A program made the translations under genes and the position numbers. Positions 9,588 to 19,538 of a DNA stretch of 64,000 nt are shown one piece after another. Origin of the DNA: an uncultured delta proteobacterium (GTDB taxonomy: Bacteria > Myxococcota_A > Polyangia > Polyangiales > Houyiibacteriaceae); the NCBI GenBank assembly GCA_963699755.1, contig CAVOVB010000002.1:448001-512000 (forward strand). Reading direction: 5' to 3'. How positions within the stretch are numbered: position 1 is the first letter of the stretch; the number at the start of each line of letters is the position of its first letter. The notes under the pieces are model-generated. The model made no database searches. It was not told the origin of the DNA and was given only the letters and a program-made list of their open reading frames with translations.

Positions 9588-10597
9588 GCCCAAACTCGCC
9601 CAAGAACCAATACTCGCGCAAGGACTTCGCCTCCGACCAGGAGGTACGCTGGTGTCCCGGCTGCGGCGACTACGCCATCCTCGCGGCCGTGCAGCGCACG
9701 CTTCCAAGTCTGGGATCCACTCCGGAAAACACGGTGTTCATCTCCGGCATCGGCTGCTCGAGCCGCTTCCCCTACTACATGCACACGTACGGGTTTCACA
9801 CGATCCATGGTCGCGCGCCCGCGGTCGCAACCGGCGTCAAGCTTGCGAACCCCGAGCTCGACGTTTGGGTGATCACCGGGGACGGCGACGGCCTCAGCAT
9901 CGGAGGCAACCATCTGCTCCACATACTGCGGCGCAACGTGGACTTGCAGATCGTCTTGTTCAACAACCAAATCTATGGCCTCACCAAGGGGCAGTACTCG
10001 CCCACCTCGCAGGTCGGGAAGGTCACCCCGTCGAGCCCGTTCGGCTCGATCGACCAGCCAGTTGTACCGGCACGCTTCGCCTTGGGCGCGGGCGCGACTT
10101 TCGTAGCGCGTGCCTTCGACATCTCGAAGAAGCTGCCCGACACGTTGACGGCGGCGCGCGAGCACAAGGGCGCTGCATTCATCGAAATCCTGCAGAACTG
10201 CCCGGTGTTCAACGACGGGGTTTTCGATCTCGTCACCGATCGAAAGACCGGCCCCGCCCACCAACTCTGGCTCGAGCACGGGCAACCGATGACGTTCGGT
10301 GAAAATGGCGAAAAGGGGCTTCGTTTGAACACCCGGTCGCTCGGCCTCGAGGTCGTGACGATCGGCGAAAACGGGGTCAGCGAGAAAGACATCCTCTCGC
10401 ATGACGAGACCAACCCTGTGCTCGCGTGGATGCTCACCGACCTGGCAGACGTCGTGGCGCTAGGCGTTCTCTACCGGCACCTAGGCCCGGTGTACGACGA
10501 AAGCGTCGGCGCACAGCGCGAGCTCGCAGAAGAGCGCTTTGGCAAGCCGGACCTACACGCCCTGCTTCGCCAAGGGCACACCTGGACCGTCACCTGA
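9584..10597 (+). CDS. korB: 2-oxoacid:ferredoxin oxidoreductase beta subunit
   Basis: RWCPGCGD, SGIGCSSRFPYY, HGRA, TPP motif GDGD...NN, YGLTKGQYSPT; ATGA overlap with the alpha gene. Confidence 0.95.
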   Translation: MSPNSPKNQYSRKDFASDQEVRWCPGCGDYAILAAVQRTLPSLGSTPENTVFISGIGCSSRFPYYMHTYGFHTIHGRAPAVATGVKLANPELDVWVITGDGDGLSIGGNHLLHILRRNVDLQIVLFNNQIYGLTKGQYSPTSQVGKVTPSSPFGSIDQPVVPARFALGAGATFVARAFDISKKLPDTLTAAREHKGAAFIEILQNCPVFNDGVFDLVTDRKTGPAHQLWLEHGQPMTFGENGEKGLRLNTRSLGLEVVTIGENGVSEKDILSHDETNPVLAWMLTDLADVVALGVLYRHLGPVYDESVGAQRELAEERFGKPDLHALLRQGHTWTVT

Positions 10598-11299
10598 GGG
10601 CGCTCGCTCTTCGATGGGCAAGGTCAAGACGATGCGAAGGCCGTGCGGTTCGCGCGCGCCAGCCGTGACGAAACCAGCGGAGCGCGACGCTAGATCTGCC
10701 AACTTGGCGAGCATGAGCTTCACGTTTGGTCGCCGTTCGATCTTCGCGAACGGCGCGAACATCAGGCGAATCTCGTCATCGCTTGGGCTCACCCCGTCGT
10801 CTTCGATCGTCAATGCAACCGCGGCGCCAACCAGACGGGTGGCGATGCGGATGGATGCGACGGTTCTTGTTGCCGCCATGAACCGAACCACACCGCCCAG
10901 CGCGTCCTGAGCCAGCCAAAGGTTGAGCCGTGCCACCGGATCTCGAATGCTGAGGTCGAGCGTGACGGGAGCTTCAAGGCCGGAAACTGTAGTTCTCACG
11001 AGGTCATTGAGGGAAAGAACCCGCGTTTGAAGCGATGAGTCGCCGGCAAGAACCGAAAGGTCGCGCATGAGCTCGCGCCCCTCTTCGGCCGCATTTCGGA
11101 CTTCGTCCAGGTATCTTTCGAGCGCAGCTGCGTCTGAGATGTGCTTCCGGGCGAGATGGGCATTGCCAATGATCACGCCGAGGACGTTGTTGATTTCATG
11201 AGCCAAGCCCGAGGCGATATCTCTGGTCGCCCGCATGCCCTCGGGATGCAAAATGCCTCGCACAGGCGGTTCGGTCTCGTCGTTTCTCATGGTCGTCAT
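10553..11299 (-). CDS. Sensor-less histidine-kinase-like protein with a degenerate ATPase domain
   Basis: H-box GLAHEINNVLGVIIG; remnants IEDDG and FAPF; N box and G2 box not recognisable. ATGA-coupled to the upstream response regulator; overlaps korB convergently by 45 nt. Confidence 0.8.
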   Translation of the reverse strand: MTTMRNDETEPPVRGILHPEGMRATRDIASGLAHEINNVLGVIIGNAHLARKHISDAAALERYLDEVRNAAEEGRELMRDLSVLAGDSSLQTRVLSLNDLVRTTVSGLEAPVTLDLSIRDPVARLNLWLAQDALGGVVRFMAATRTVASIRIATRLVGAAVALTIEDDGVSPSDDEIRLMFAPFAKIERRPNVKLMLAKLADLASRSAGFVTAGAREPHGLRIVLTLPIEERAPSGDGPGVPLAKQGV

Positions 11300-11670
11300 G
11301 CCTGCAGTAGCTTCTTCACCGCGCGAATGACACGCGGCGCTTGTATTGGTTTCTCGATGTAGGCGTTCGCACCGAGCGCCATGGCGCGGTCCCGATCGTT
11401 CGGCGCGTTTTCAGTCGTGATGATCACGATTGGCGTCCTTTCGTGTCGCGGATCGTCTCGCACGTGCTTCACGAGCTTCAGTCCGTCCATGACCGGCATG
11501 TTGACGTCTGTAAGGACAAGATCGAACTTCTCGGTAGCCAGCGCGCGGACACCGGCTAGTCCGTTCTCGGCTTCGACAACCTCTACGCCGGGAATGCGCG
11601 ATAGGGACTCGGTCAACATGGTTCGCATCGTCTTGGAGTCTTCGACTACGAGGCAGCGGTACCGGAACAT
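11296..11670 (-). CDS. cheY: Single-domain response regulator (CheY-like)
   Basis: LVVEDS, AENG, TDVNMPVMDG, IITT, YIEKP. Confidence 0.9.
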   Translation of the reverse strand: MFRYRCLVVEDSKTMRTMLTESLSRIPGVEVVEAENGLAGVRALATEKFDLVLTDVNMPVMDGLKLVKHVRDDPRHERTPIVIITTENAPNDRDRAMALGANAYIEKPIQAPRVIRAVKKLLQA

Positions 11671-11718
11671 GGCTAGCTCAATCGTACGACAGGAAGCGAC
11701 GTACTCAAAGTTCGCTCC

Positions 11719-12795
11719 TCATTGCCTCTCGGGCCGGGTGAGCTCGGTAAGCATGTCGCCGAGAGCCCAGATCCCGAGTGAATGATGCCGTATTCCTGTC
11801 CGCTTGACGGCGGTGGGCATACCCGAAACGACGGCCGTTTCCGGCGCCTCGACCAGGATGCATCCTCCCCTTTTCGAGATCTCCCGTGCTCCCTGCGCCC
11901 CGTCATTCCCCATCCCAGTGAGGACGACGCCGATAGCCTCGTCACCGAGCACGCGAGCGGCAGAGCTGAAGAGCCGATCGACCGAGGGCACGTAGTGCGA
12001 CCCTGGTTCAGGAGCCACCACCCGGATTGCAGGTCCACGCTCGGAGGGAACGATCTCGATGCAGCGCCCTCCCGGGCATACGTAGGCGTGCCCGCGAGCG
12101 AGTCGCTCGTACGACTTGGCCTCCGAAACCTTCGCCAGGCCCACCTTATCGAGTCGATTCGCAAATGAGTGCGTGAAGCGAGCGGGCATGTGCTGTGCGA
12201 TCACCAATGCGGCATCGATATCATCGTGCACGTGACGGAACAAGGTTGCCAGCGCCCGCGGCCCGCCGGTAGATGCGCCGATCACGATCACCTTCCGTGG
12301 TACTCGCTTGAGCACCGAAGGTTCGCGCGTCCGGCGCGCCGAACGAAGAGGCGCCTCTTCGAGGGCGAAGCCTGCAGAGCTATCAGCTCGGAGCGCGAGG
12401 GGCGACAGTTGCTGCACGATGCGCACTTTTTCGATCAGCTGGTCTCTTAGGCCATCGAGAGAGGCGTCGACCCCATGCGGCTTTTCGATGAAGTCGATCG
12501 AGCCGAGCTCGAGTGCGCGGAAGATGTTCTGTTTGCCCGAGAGGCCCGACACCACGATGACGGGGAGCGGGTGACGGTCCATCAGCAGCTGAAGAAACTC
12601 GAACCCATCCAGCCGTGGCATGTCCAAATCCAAGGTGATGAAGTCAGGTGGACTTCCCTCGATGGCTCTGAGTGCATCCGCTCCATCGTTCGCGAGGTCG
12701 ACATGCGAGATTCCGGGGATGTCGTTGAGAATCGCGGCGATCGTACGGCGGCTCAAAGAAGAATCGTCTACGACCAATGCACGGAGCTCTCTCAC
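11719..12795 (-). CDS. cheB: Chemotaxis methylesterase with receiver domain
   Basis: Receiver domain (VVDDS, LDLDMPRLDG) plus catalytic triad motifs GASTGGP, QHMP, LTGMGNDG. Confidence 0.95.
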   Translation of the reverse strand: MRELRALVVDDSSLSRRTIAAILNDIPGISHVDLANDGADALRAIEGSPPDFITLDLDMPRLDGFEFLQLLMDRHPLPVIVVSGLSGKQNIFRALELGSIDFIEKPHGVDASLDGLRDQLIEKVRIVQQLSPLALRADSSAGFALEEAPLRSARRTREPSVLKRVPRKVIVIGASTGGPRALATLFRHVHDDIDAALVIAQHMPARFTHSFANRLDKVGLAKVSEAKSYERLARGHAYVCPGGRCIEIVPSERGPAIRVVAPEPGSHYVPSVDRLFSSAARVLGDEAIGVVLTGMGNDGAQGAREISKRGGCILVEAPETAVVSGMPTAVKRTGIRHHSLGIWALGDMLTELTRPERQ

Positions 12796-13677
12796 CTAGA
12801 TTCTCCTCGGAGGCAGATCCGTGAAAGGGATCGGTCGCCGGTAGACGATGTCGGTCGCGAGCTGCGTAATCTCGAAGGCGGTGCTCGAGCGCAGAAGCGA
12901 CTCGCTATGGCCCAATAGAAGGTAGCCACCTCGGTTCAAACGCTCATAGATCGTCTCCAGTACTTTCCTGCGCGAGGCGTCGTCGAAATAGATGAGAACG
13001 TTGCGGCAAAACGTAACGTCGACACGACCCACGATGGCCGCACGCCGCTGATTCATCAGGTTGAGATGGCCGAAGTGGCACATCGCCCTGATACGAGGGT
13101 GGACTTGCCTACCTTCATCGGTGTCGATGAAGTACCTCTCGTATTCCGGAATCATTGCCCTGAAGCTGGCAGATGAGTAGGTGGCGTCTCGGGCCTTGTT
13201 CAAGACGCGGCGGGAAATGTCATTCCCGAACACACGCACGTCCCAACCTTCAAAGAGACCGGTGGCATCGACCAGCATCGCGATCGTGTAGACTTCTTCC
13301 CCACTGGAGCATCCTGCGCTCCACACATCGAGCCTCTTCGACCCCCGTGCCCGCGCGCGCGCCTTCACGACAGGAAGGATCTCGTCCGTGAACGCTCGAA
13401 GTTGAAAGGCCTCCCGAAAGAAGTATGTTTCGTTGGTCGTCAGAACCTCGGCCGCGGCCTCGAGCTCCCTCTCTGCCCTCGGGTGGTACTGCAAGTACCG
13501 GTAGTACTCGGCGAAGTCGGCGATGCCCAGATCGCGAAGACGCTCGCGAAGGCGCCGCTCCACGATATAGGCAGAGTCGTCAGCGAAATAGATCCCGCAA
13601 AACTGGTTGATGAAATCCCGGAGTAGACGGAACTCCTTCAGATCGAGGGTCGGCCCGGTGCCCTGCAGCAAGGTCAC
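12796..13677 (-). CDS. cheR: Chemotaxis methyltransferase
   Basis: TTNETYFFRE, WSAGCSSGEEVYT, GNDIS, CRNVLIYF, LGHSESL. Start is probably GTG 13677, right after the HEAT gene stop. Confidence 0.95.
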   Translation of the reverse strand: MTLLQGTGPTLDLKEFRLLRDFINQFCGIYFADDSAYIVERRLRERLRDLGIADFAEYYRYLQYHPRAERELEAAAEVLTTNETYFFREAFQLRAFTDEILPVVKARARARGSKRLDVWSAGCSSGEEVYTIAMLVDATGLFEGWDVRVFGNDISRRVLNKARDATYSSASFRAMIPEYERYFIDTDEGRQVHPRIRAMCHFGHLNLMNQRRAAIVGRVDVTFCRNVLIYFDDASRRKVLETIYERLNRGGYLLLGHSESLLRSSTAFEITQLATDIVYRRPIPFTDLPPRRI

Positions 13678-13678
13678 G

Positions 13679-15700
13679 TCAACCACCCATCTGAAGGCCG
13701 CTTTCGATCGCGTGCCGCACCATGGAATCGGTCTCATCGGCCAAGGCCTCGACTAAGACGGTTCGCGCATGTTCTGTATCGAGCTCGAGCAAGAGTTTTA
13801 TTGCCAACATGCGGACGTTCCAGGCGGAATGGTGGAGACCTCGGCTCACGAAGCGTTCCGCGTCGTGGCGAGGCAGTGTCCGTGCCGCACGCAGGCCCGC
13901 CTGAAATATTTCAGCATCGGCGTGGGAGAGAGCACGTTCGACGGCGGTTGCGACCTCTGAATCTCCCAGGCAAGCCAGCGCATCCAGCGCCGCGGAGACA
14001 ACCACCGGCTCTCTGTCCTCCAAGAGCGCGCGAATGCGCGAGACTGCGCCATTGGCTTCACGTCGGCCAAGAGCTAGTGCTGCCTCCGCGCGAGTGGAAG
14101 CGAATGGGGAATCGAGCGCGGTGCGAAGCGGCGCGTCCGCCTCAGTGCTGCTCATTTGCCCAAGCGTCCGCACCGCTGCGATTTGAACGTCGATGTCTTC
14201 ATCCGCGACCGCATATCCGATCAACTGGGCGATGTCGCTCGCGTTCGCTATGCCAAGTGCCTGCACCGCCGCTCTGCGGGTGCGGGGTTCGCTGCTGTGG
14301 AGGCCACGTTTGAGCACTTCCACGGCGCCTCCCGTATTCAGCCGCGAGAGGACGTGCGCGATGTCCGCGCCTCCGGGCCCATCGAGCTTGGCCTCTCGGA
14401 TGGCCTCTTCGACGGCTGCGGGCACGCGCTTCGCGAGCACTTCGAGTGCGCTGGTCGCGGCCGCCCGAACTTGATGTGAGTCGCTCTCCAAGCATTCGAC
14501 GAGGGCTCGGCAATCTCGTCGGTCACCCCACCAGCGAAGGCTCTCGGCCGCCGCAGCCCGTACCGCATCGGTCGCGTCGGTCAGGTCGCGCTCGATGAGG
14601 CTCCGTATGCGATCGCGAATCCCAGGTGGCACCTCGTCGAGATGCCGGTAACTAAGCTCAGCAGCAAGCTCGAGCGCGATGGCCCATACGCGCGGTTCTG
14701 CGCGCCGCTGCCAGAGAAGCGGTTCGATGAGCCCAGTTCCCCATGCACGGAGAGCCTCGACCGTTTCCGGAGTTACCACGTCGTCGGCAATCGCTTGGAT
14801 CACTGCTTCGAGTGAGTTCTCGTCCCGGCACAGCACGGCGAGAAAGGCCGCTCCTTGCCTAGTCGGGGTGTCGCCGTGCAGCAGAGCCTCGTGAAGCGCG
14901 CGCCGGAATGACTCTTTCGACTCCCTCAATCGGTCGATCAGATCCTCCTGATCCGCGTTGACGTCCGCAAGCTCGGCGATGGCGCGTATGGCGGCTGAGG
15001 AGCTTTGCGGTGAAGCATCAGTAGCGAGCTCTAGTAGAAACTCCAAGGCCTCCGGATCGCCTGTCCTGCCGAGAAGCTCTGCCGAAACTCGGCGGACGAT
15101 CGCGTCTTCGAGCGCCGGCGCAAGCTCGGTCCAGGAGAGTCGCGAACCGAGCCGCGTCAGCCCCTCGAGAATGGAGATGCGGAGAAAGAGGTGCGGCGTA
15201 GAAAGGCGCTCCTTCAGCAGGCGCTCCGCTCGACCGCCCCCAATGCAGACGAGGGCCTCCACGGCGGCAGCCGCAATGTCGGCGTCGGATCCTCGAACGA
15301 GCGTCTCGAGATGGTCGATCATTCGAGGATCTCTTGTCTTGCCCATCGCCTCGATCAGAAACTTCCGTGCGACCTGCCCAGCGCCCTCGAATGCTCTGGT
15401 GAACTTGCCCACCCGGCCCTGAGCCATCATCCCAAGCACCTCGATCGCCGCATTGCGGAGCCCAATATTGTCGGTCTCGACCAGCCGAATCAGTAGCGCG
15501 TCGATGAGAGCGTCTCTGTCGAGGGATTGCGCAGCGAGAGAAATTGCTTCTCGGCGGACGCGCCAATCGGGATCCGATAGCGCGTCGACGATCTGCAACA
15601 ACGGTGTGCCCTGCGGACGACGACTCATCTGGTGCACGGCCTGACGCCGCACGTCCGGGTCGGCCGAGTGGAATGCCTTTTCGAGCCTGTCTTCCGTCAC
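13679..15700 (-). CDS. HEAT/PBS-lyase repeat protein within the che cluster
   Basis: Repeated motifs D.D..VRR.A, LSDPDWRVRREA, VRAAAAESL, TRRAAVQALG, VQIAAVRTLG over 673 aa. Confidence 0.9.
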   Translation of the reverse strand: MTEDRLEKAFHSADPDVRRQAVHQMSRRPQGTPLLQIVDALSDPDWRVRREAISLAAQSLDRDALIDALLIRLVETDNIGLRNAAIEVLGMMAQGRVGKFTRAFEGAGQVARKFLIEAMGKTRDPRMIDHLETLVRGSDADIAAAAVEALVCIGGGRAERLLKERLSTPHLFLRISILEGLTRLGSRLSWTELAPALEDAIVRRVSAELLGRTGDPEALEFLLELATDASPQSSSAAIRAIAELADVNADQEDLIDRLRESKESFRRALHEALLHGDTPTRQGAAFLAVLCRDENSLEAVIQAIADDVVTPETVEALRAWGTGLIEPLLWQRRAEPRVWAIALELAAELSYRHLDEVPPGIRDRIRSLIERDLTDATDAVRAAAAESLRWWGDRRDCRALVECLESDSHQVRAAATSALEVLAKRVPAAVEEAIREAKLDGPGGADIAHVLSRLNTGGAVEVLKRGLHSSEPRTRRAAVQALGIANASDIAQLIGYAVADEDIDVQIAAVRTLGQMSSTEADAPLRTALDSPFASTRAEAALALGRREANGAVSRIRALLEDREPVVVSAALDALACLGDSEVATAVERALSHADAEIFQAGLRAARTLPRHDAERFVSRGLHHSAWNVRMLAIKLLLELDTEHARTVLVEALADETDSMVRHAIESGLQMGG

Positions 15701-16197
15701 GGCGTCTCCGACGGCAGGAACGGGATCTCCTGGGGACGGACATCCATCGCAGGCTCAGCAACTAGGTCTACATCGAGTAGGAACACGAGCCGATCTTGAT
15801 AGCGACAGGCCGATTTGATTCCCCGTTCGCGATCATGCTCATCGAGGACGGGAACGTGGCGCTGTGCCTTGCTCCCGGACGAAAAGACCTCGTGGACGGC
15901 ATCGACGACGACCGCAACCGGTCCCCGGAGGCTTTCGAGGATGAGCCATTTGGTGCGTCGTGTTGGCTCTTGCGGCCGTAAGCCAAAGAACCGCCGCAGA
16001 TCGATCACTGCCACGACTTCGTCGCGGTAGTCGGAAACTCCCAAAACTGAGGCGCGCCCGCGGGGCAGCGCGATGAGAGGAAGCGGATTGACGATCTCCC
16101 GCATCCGCTGGATCTCGAGTGCATACATCACCCCGTCCACCTCGACTCGAATCAGATCCTTTGTGAGCGCTAGGCCGTAGCTCTTGCTTTCCCTCAC
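15697..16197 (-). CDS. cheW: CheW adaptor
   Basis: YALEIQRMREIV, LGVSDYRDEVVAVIDLRRFFG, AVVVDAVHEV, LLDVD. Confidence 0.9.
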   Translation of the reverse strand: MRESKSYGLALTKDLIRVEVDGVMYALEIQRMREIVNPLPLIALPRGRASVLGVSDYRDEVVAVIDLRRFFGLRPQEPTRRTKWLILESLRGPVAVVVDAVHEVFSSGSKAQRHVPVLDEHDRERGIKSACRYQDRLVFLLDVDLVAEPAMDVRPQEIPFLPSETP

Positions 16198-16691
16198 TTC
16201 AGCCCTCCCAGCAGTGCCCCTGGGTCGATCAGAATTACCATCTCCTCCGGGTCAGTCGATGACTCCGAGGGAACTCGCGCGACACCGACGATGTACTCCG
16301 AGAGCTCCGCGCTCATGGCGCTCGCGTACTCGATCTGCTCGGGCTGCAACTGGGATACCTGGACCACGCGGTCGACAGCAACCCCGATGAGCTCTTCCCC
16401 GCTGTCGACGAGGAGAACGCGGCCGATGGTTTGCCTTTCGTGCACCTCGAGCCTCAGGAGTTTGGGCAAGTCGACCAGTGTGATGACCTGACCTCGGACC
16501 GAGATGACGCCGAGAAAGTGTTCGGGAGCACGGGGGACTGGCGTCAGCGGCGGTGGCATCAGAATCTCGCGAATCGCAGGCAGCGGAAAACCATAGGTTT
16601 CGTTGCCCGCTGAAACCGAGAGAACGGGGATCGTGCCGAGCTGGTCTTCTGGATCCGGCACCAGGGTGTCCGTTTGGACAACTTGCGTCAT
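16194..16691 (-). CDS. cheW: CheW adaptor
   Basis: YGFPLPAIREI, TPVPRAPEHFLGVISVRGQVITLVDL, GVAVDRV. Confidence 0.92.
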   Translation of the reverse strand: MTQVVQTDTLVPDPEDQLGTIPVLSVSAGNETYGFPLPAIREILMPPPLTPVPRAPEHFLGVISVRGQVITLVDLPKLLRLEVHERQTIGRVLLVDSGEELIGVAVDRVVQVSQLQPEQIEYASAMSAELSEYIVGVARVPSESSTDPEEMVILIDPGALLGGLK

Positions 16692-18760
16692 GCGTGCGTC
16701 TCCGCGCCTAGCTGGGCGCCCGCACCCTCGAAGTACTCCGTGAAGAGCGCGGGCGCATCGAGCACGAGCGCCAGTCTCTGGTCCCCTAGGTCTGCTGCAC
16801 CCGCGAAGCCACGAACCGAAGAGAGCGTCTTGCCAAGTGACTTGGTGATTACGTCCTCCTGCCCGACGAGCTCGTCCACGACGAATCCAAGCTCTCGAGT
16901 CCCCATCGCGCAGACGATGACGAATCGCCCTTCTTGGCGCCCCCTTGGCTGGAGACCGAATAGTCGCGCGAGATCACAGATCGGAAGCGTTTCGCCTCGC
17001 ATCGTGACCACTTTTCGACCTTGGATGCTGCGGACGTCTTTCGGCGAATACGGAACGGCTTCGCGAACTGCGGCAATCGGGAGCGCAAACGGGCGTGACC
17101 CCACAGTGACGATGAGCGCTCGAATGATAGCCAGTGTAATTGGAAGGGTGACCGTGATCTTCGTCCCGATGCCATACTCGCTGGCGATCGAGACCACTCC
17201 ACCCATCCGCAGAATGTTTGTCTTCACGACGTCCATTCCGACGCCCCGCCCCGACATGTCAGTGACCGAGGTGTTCGTGCTGAACCCGGGAAGGAATACG
17301 AGATTCAACATGTCCTGACGCGTGAGGTCGTGACCGGCCTCCGCGGTCAGCATGCCTCGCGCTACCGCTGTTTCGCGCAGCTTGTGTGCGTTCATTCCAC
17401 AGCCGTCGTCCTCGACCTCGATCACGACGTTGCTTCCCTTGTGGTACGCATTGAGCGCCAACGTGCCTTCCGCCGGTTTGGCGAGTCGCATCCTGGCATC
17501 GACCGGTTCGATGCCGTGATCGATCGCATTGCGAACCAGATGCATGAGCGGATCGGCCAGCTCTTCGACGATGAGCTTGTCCATCTCGGTGTTCGCACCG
17601 GTCACCACGAGGCGCACTTGCTTGTCGTGCTCTCTGGCCGCCTGTCGTACGATGCGTGCGAACTTGCTAAACACCTGGCCCAATGGAACCATCCGAACGT
17701 CTAGAATTCTCATTCGTAGCTCGGAAAGCTGGCGCTCGAAGCCGCGACCGACGCGATCGAGCTCTCGGAGCGATTGCCTGTGCTTGGGGTCGGCGGCGAA
17801 GCTCTCAACGACGCGACTCACGGCGCCTCTGACCAATGCAAGCTCGCCCACTACGTTCATCAGATCGTCCAACTTCCGAATGTCCACGCGAACTGAATTG
17901 GCCAAGGAGCGAAGCGACGCTTGACCCCAGTCGTCGTCAGACGGCGGCAATTCACTTCGCGTGTCTGGAGGAATCAAGGTGGGATTCGGAGGATTCGTCG
18001 GCAGGTGCGTACGCTCCTCAATGACCTCGATCGTTCCGTACCGCCCTTCGAAGTAGGCCTTGAGCTCCGCTTCAGGCACGTGGCTGGCGAGTAATACGAC
18101 GAGCTCGATGGATTCGTCATTGCCGCCTTCGAGACTTGGCAAGTAGGTGATGATTTCGGCATCGTCATGAATGACGTCGCGCAAAGTCTCGATCGAGTCG
18201 TCGATCGCAGCGAGATCGAACGTCGCGCGGAGGCGATACAGCTTCATCCCCTCTCTGATGCACGCCCGAAGTCGATGCTCTTCATACTCGGTGAGGACCG
18301 AAAGGACGGCCGATCCGATCGCATACTGTTCCAGTGGATCGCCGTCCTCCGTGGCAGGCTGAGCGCCGATCGAGCGGACGGCGGCGACGTACGCGTCTAC
18401 GCCGGATTTTTCTTCGGGCGCCTGCGGATCTTCGAGAGCGAGGAGTCGCTGAAACCGCTCGACCGAATCGAAGAGCACATCGAGCAGCGGGTCGCCGACG
18501 ATGGTACGGCCGAGCCGCAAATCGTCCAGCAAGTCCTCGAGCGCATGGGCGATGGTGCCCACATGTTTGTAGCCGAACATCCCGGCGATGCCTTTGAGGG
18601 TATGAACACTCCTGAAAATCTCGTTGACGAGCGCCGAATCCACGCGCTCGCCTCGCTGATGAGCCTCGTCGAGCAACAAGAGATCACGCGACAAGGCCTC
18701 GACGAGCTCCTGAGCCTCAGCCAAGAACTCCTGCTGCACGTTGTCCCGTGGATCGCTCAC
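16688..18760 (-). CDS. cheA: Chemotaxis histidine kinase
   Basis: Hpt IFRSVHTLKG, VRVDIRKLDDLMNVVGEL, HLVRNAIDHGIE, EDDGCG, PGFST...SGRGVGMDVV, C-terminal CheW-like P5 domain. Confidence 0.97.
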   Translation of the reverse strand: MSDPRDNVQQEFLAEAQELVEALSRDLLLLDEAHQRGERVDSALVNEIFRSVHTLKGIAGMFGYKHVGTIAHALEDLLDDLRLGRTIVGDPLLDVLFDSVERFQRLLALEDPQAPEEKSGVDAYVAAVRSIGAQPATEDGDPLEQYAIGSAVLSVLTEYEEHRLRACIREGMKLYRLRATFDLAAIDDSIETLRDVIHDDAEIITYLPSLEGGNDESIELVVLLASHVPEAELKAYFEGRYGTIEVIEERTHLPTNPPNPTLIPPDTRSELPPSDDDWGQASLRSLANSVRVDIRKLDDLMNVVGELALVRGAVSRVVESFAADPKHRQSLRELDRVGRGFERQLSELRMRILDVRMVPLGQVFSKFARIVRQAAREHDKQVRLVVTGANTEMDKLIVEELADPLMHLVRNAIDHGIEPVDARMRLAKPAEGTLALNAYHKGSNVVIEVEDDGCGMNAHKLRETAVARGMLTAEAGHDLTRQDMLNLVFLPGFSTNTSVTDMSGRGVGMDVVKTNILRMGGVVSIASEYGIGTKITVTLPITLAIIRALIVTVGSRPFALPIAAVREAVPYSPKDVRSIQGRKVVTMRGETLPICDLARLFGLQPRGRQEGRFVIVCAMGTRELGFVVDELVGQEDVITKSLGKTLSSVRGFAGAADLGDQRLALVLDAPALFTEYFEGAGAQLGAETHA

Positions 18761-19146
18761 CCGGAAACCTCCGCGACGGGATCGAGCAAGCTTCGAATCA
18801 GCTCCCGCAGCTCCTCGACCTCAAACGGTTTCTCCAAGAGGGCATCTGCGCCGAGCTCGGCGCCCCGCTGCGCATCCAACCCGTCGACCGCCGTACTGAT
18901 CAGGATCTTGCAAGTTCCCTGTTGCCGGGGGCTCTTCTTCATGAACGCGAGAAGCTCGAGCCCGTTGATGTCGGGCATGTTCACGTCGACGATGACGACG
19001 TCGAAACTGTGGGAGGCGAGCAGCTGGAGCGCCTCGAAGCCGGTTTCGGCCTCTTGCACCCTAGCGAAATCCGCGTCTTCCAAACTGACGCGGACGAACG
19101 CGCGCACGGCGCTGCTGTCATCGACGATGAGTGTGTGAAATGCCAC
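18757..19146 (-). CDS. cheY: Single-domain response regulator (CheY-like)
   Basis: LIVDDS, AETG, VDVNMPDINGLEL, LIST, LEKPF. Start is probably GTG 19146. Confidence 0.88.
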   Translation of the reverse strand: MAFHTLIVDDSSAVRAFVRVSLEDADFARVQEAETGFEALQLLASHSFDVVIVDVNMPDINGLELLAFMKKSPRQQGTCKILISTAVDGLDAQRGAELGADALLEKPFEVEELRELIRSLLDPVAEVSG

Positions 19147-19196
19147 CCGAAACCCCCAGGTACAGGGTAACAGAGACAAAGAGGGGGAGACTCGCC

Positions 19197-19538
19197 CTAT
19201 TCACGCCAAAACGAGCGGGCTTTGGGCTCTTCGCTGGCGCAGGATGAACATGCGCACAGGCTCCGCAGGAAGCGATGGCTGTAGATCCCCGTCTGGTGAC
19301 CATCGCGCCAGACGAGTCTAACCGCGTAATTTCCAACCGATTGGATGTCTGTGAGCTCGAGGTCCCCTCCCTCGACGAACTCGATCGGCCCCTCATGACC
19401 CTGGCAGTGTGCACAGGGGCAGAAGCCGCGCAAAAGCTCGTGCGGATACACACTTCGGTGGCCGTCTGCCCAGTCGATTTCCATGACGCGAGCCCCGCTG
19501 GGCGCGCGGAGCTCGATGGGTTTCGAGGGATCGGTCAA
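19197..19538 (-). CDS. DUF971 / GBBH-like N-terminal domain protein
   Basis: IDWADGH..Y...LRGFCPCAHCQGH, VGNYAVRLVWRDGHQTGIYS. TTG start at 19538 overlaps the recO TGA. Confidence 0.88.
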   Translation of the reverse strand: MTDPSKPIELRAPSGARVMEIDWADGHRSVYPHELLRGFCPCAHCQGHEGPIEFVEGGDLELTDIQSVGNYAVRLVWRDGHQTGIYSHRFLRSLCACSSCASEEPKARSFWRE

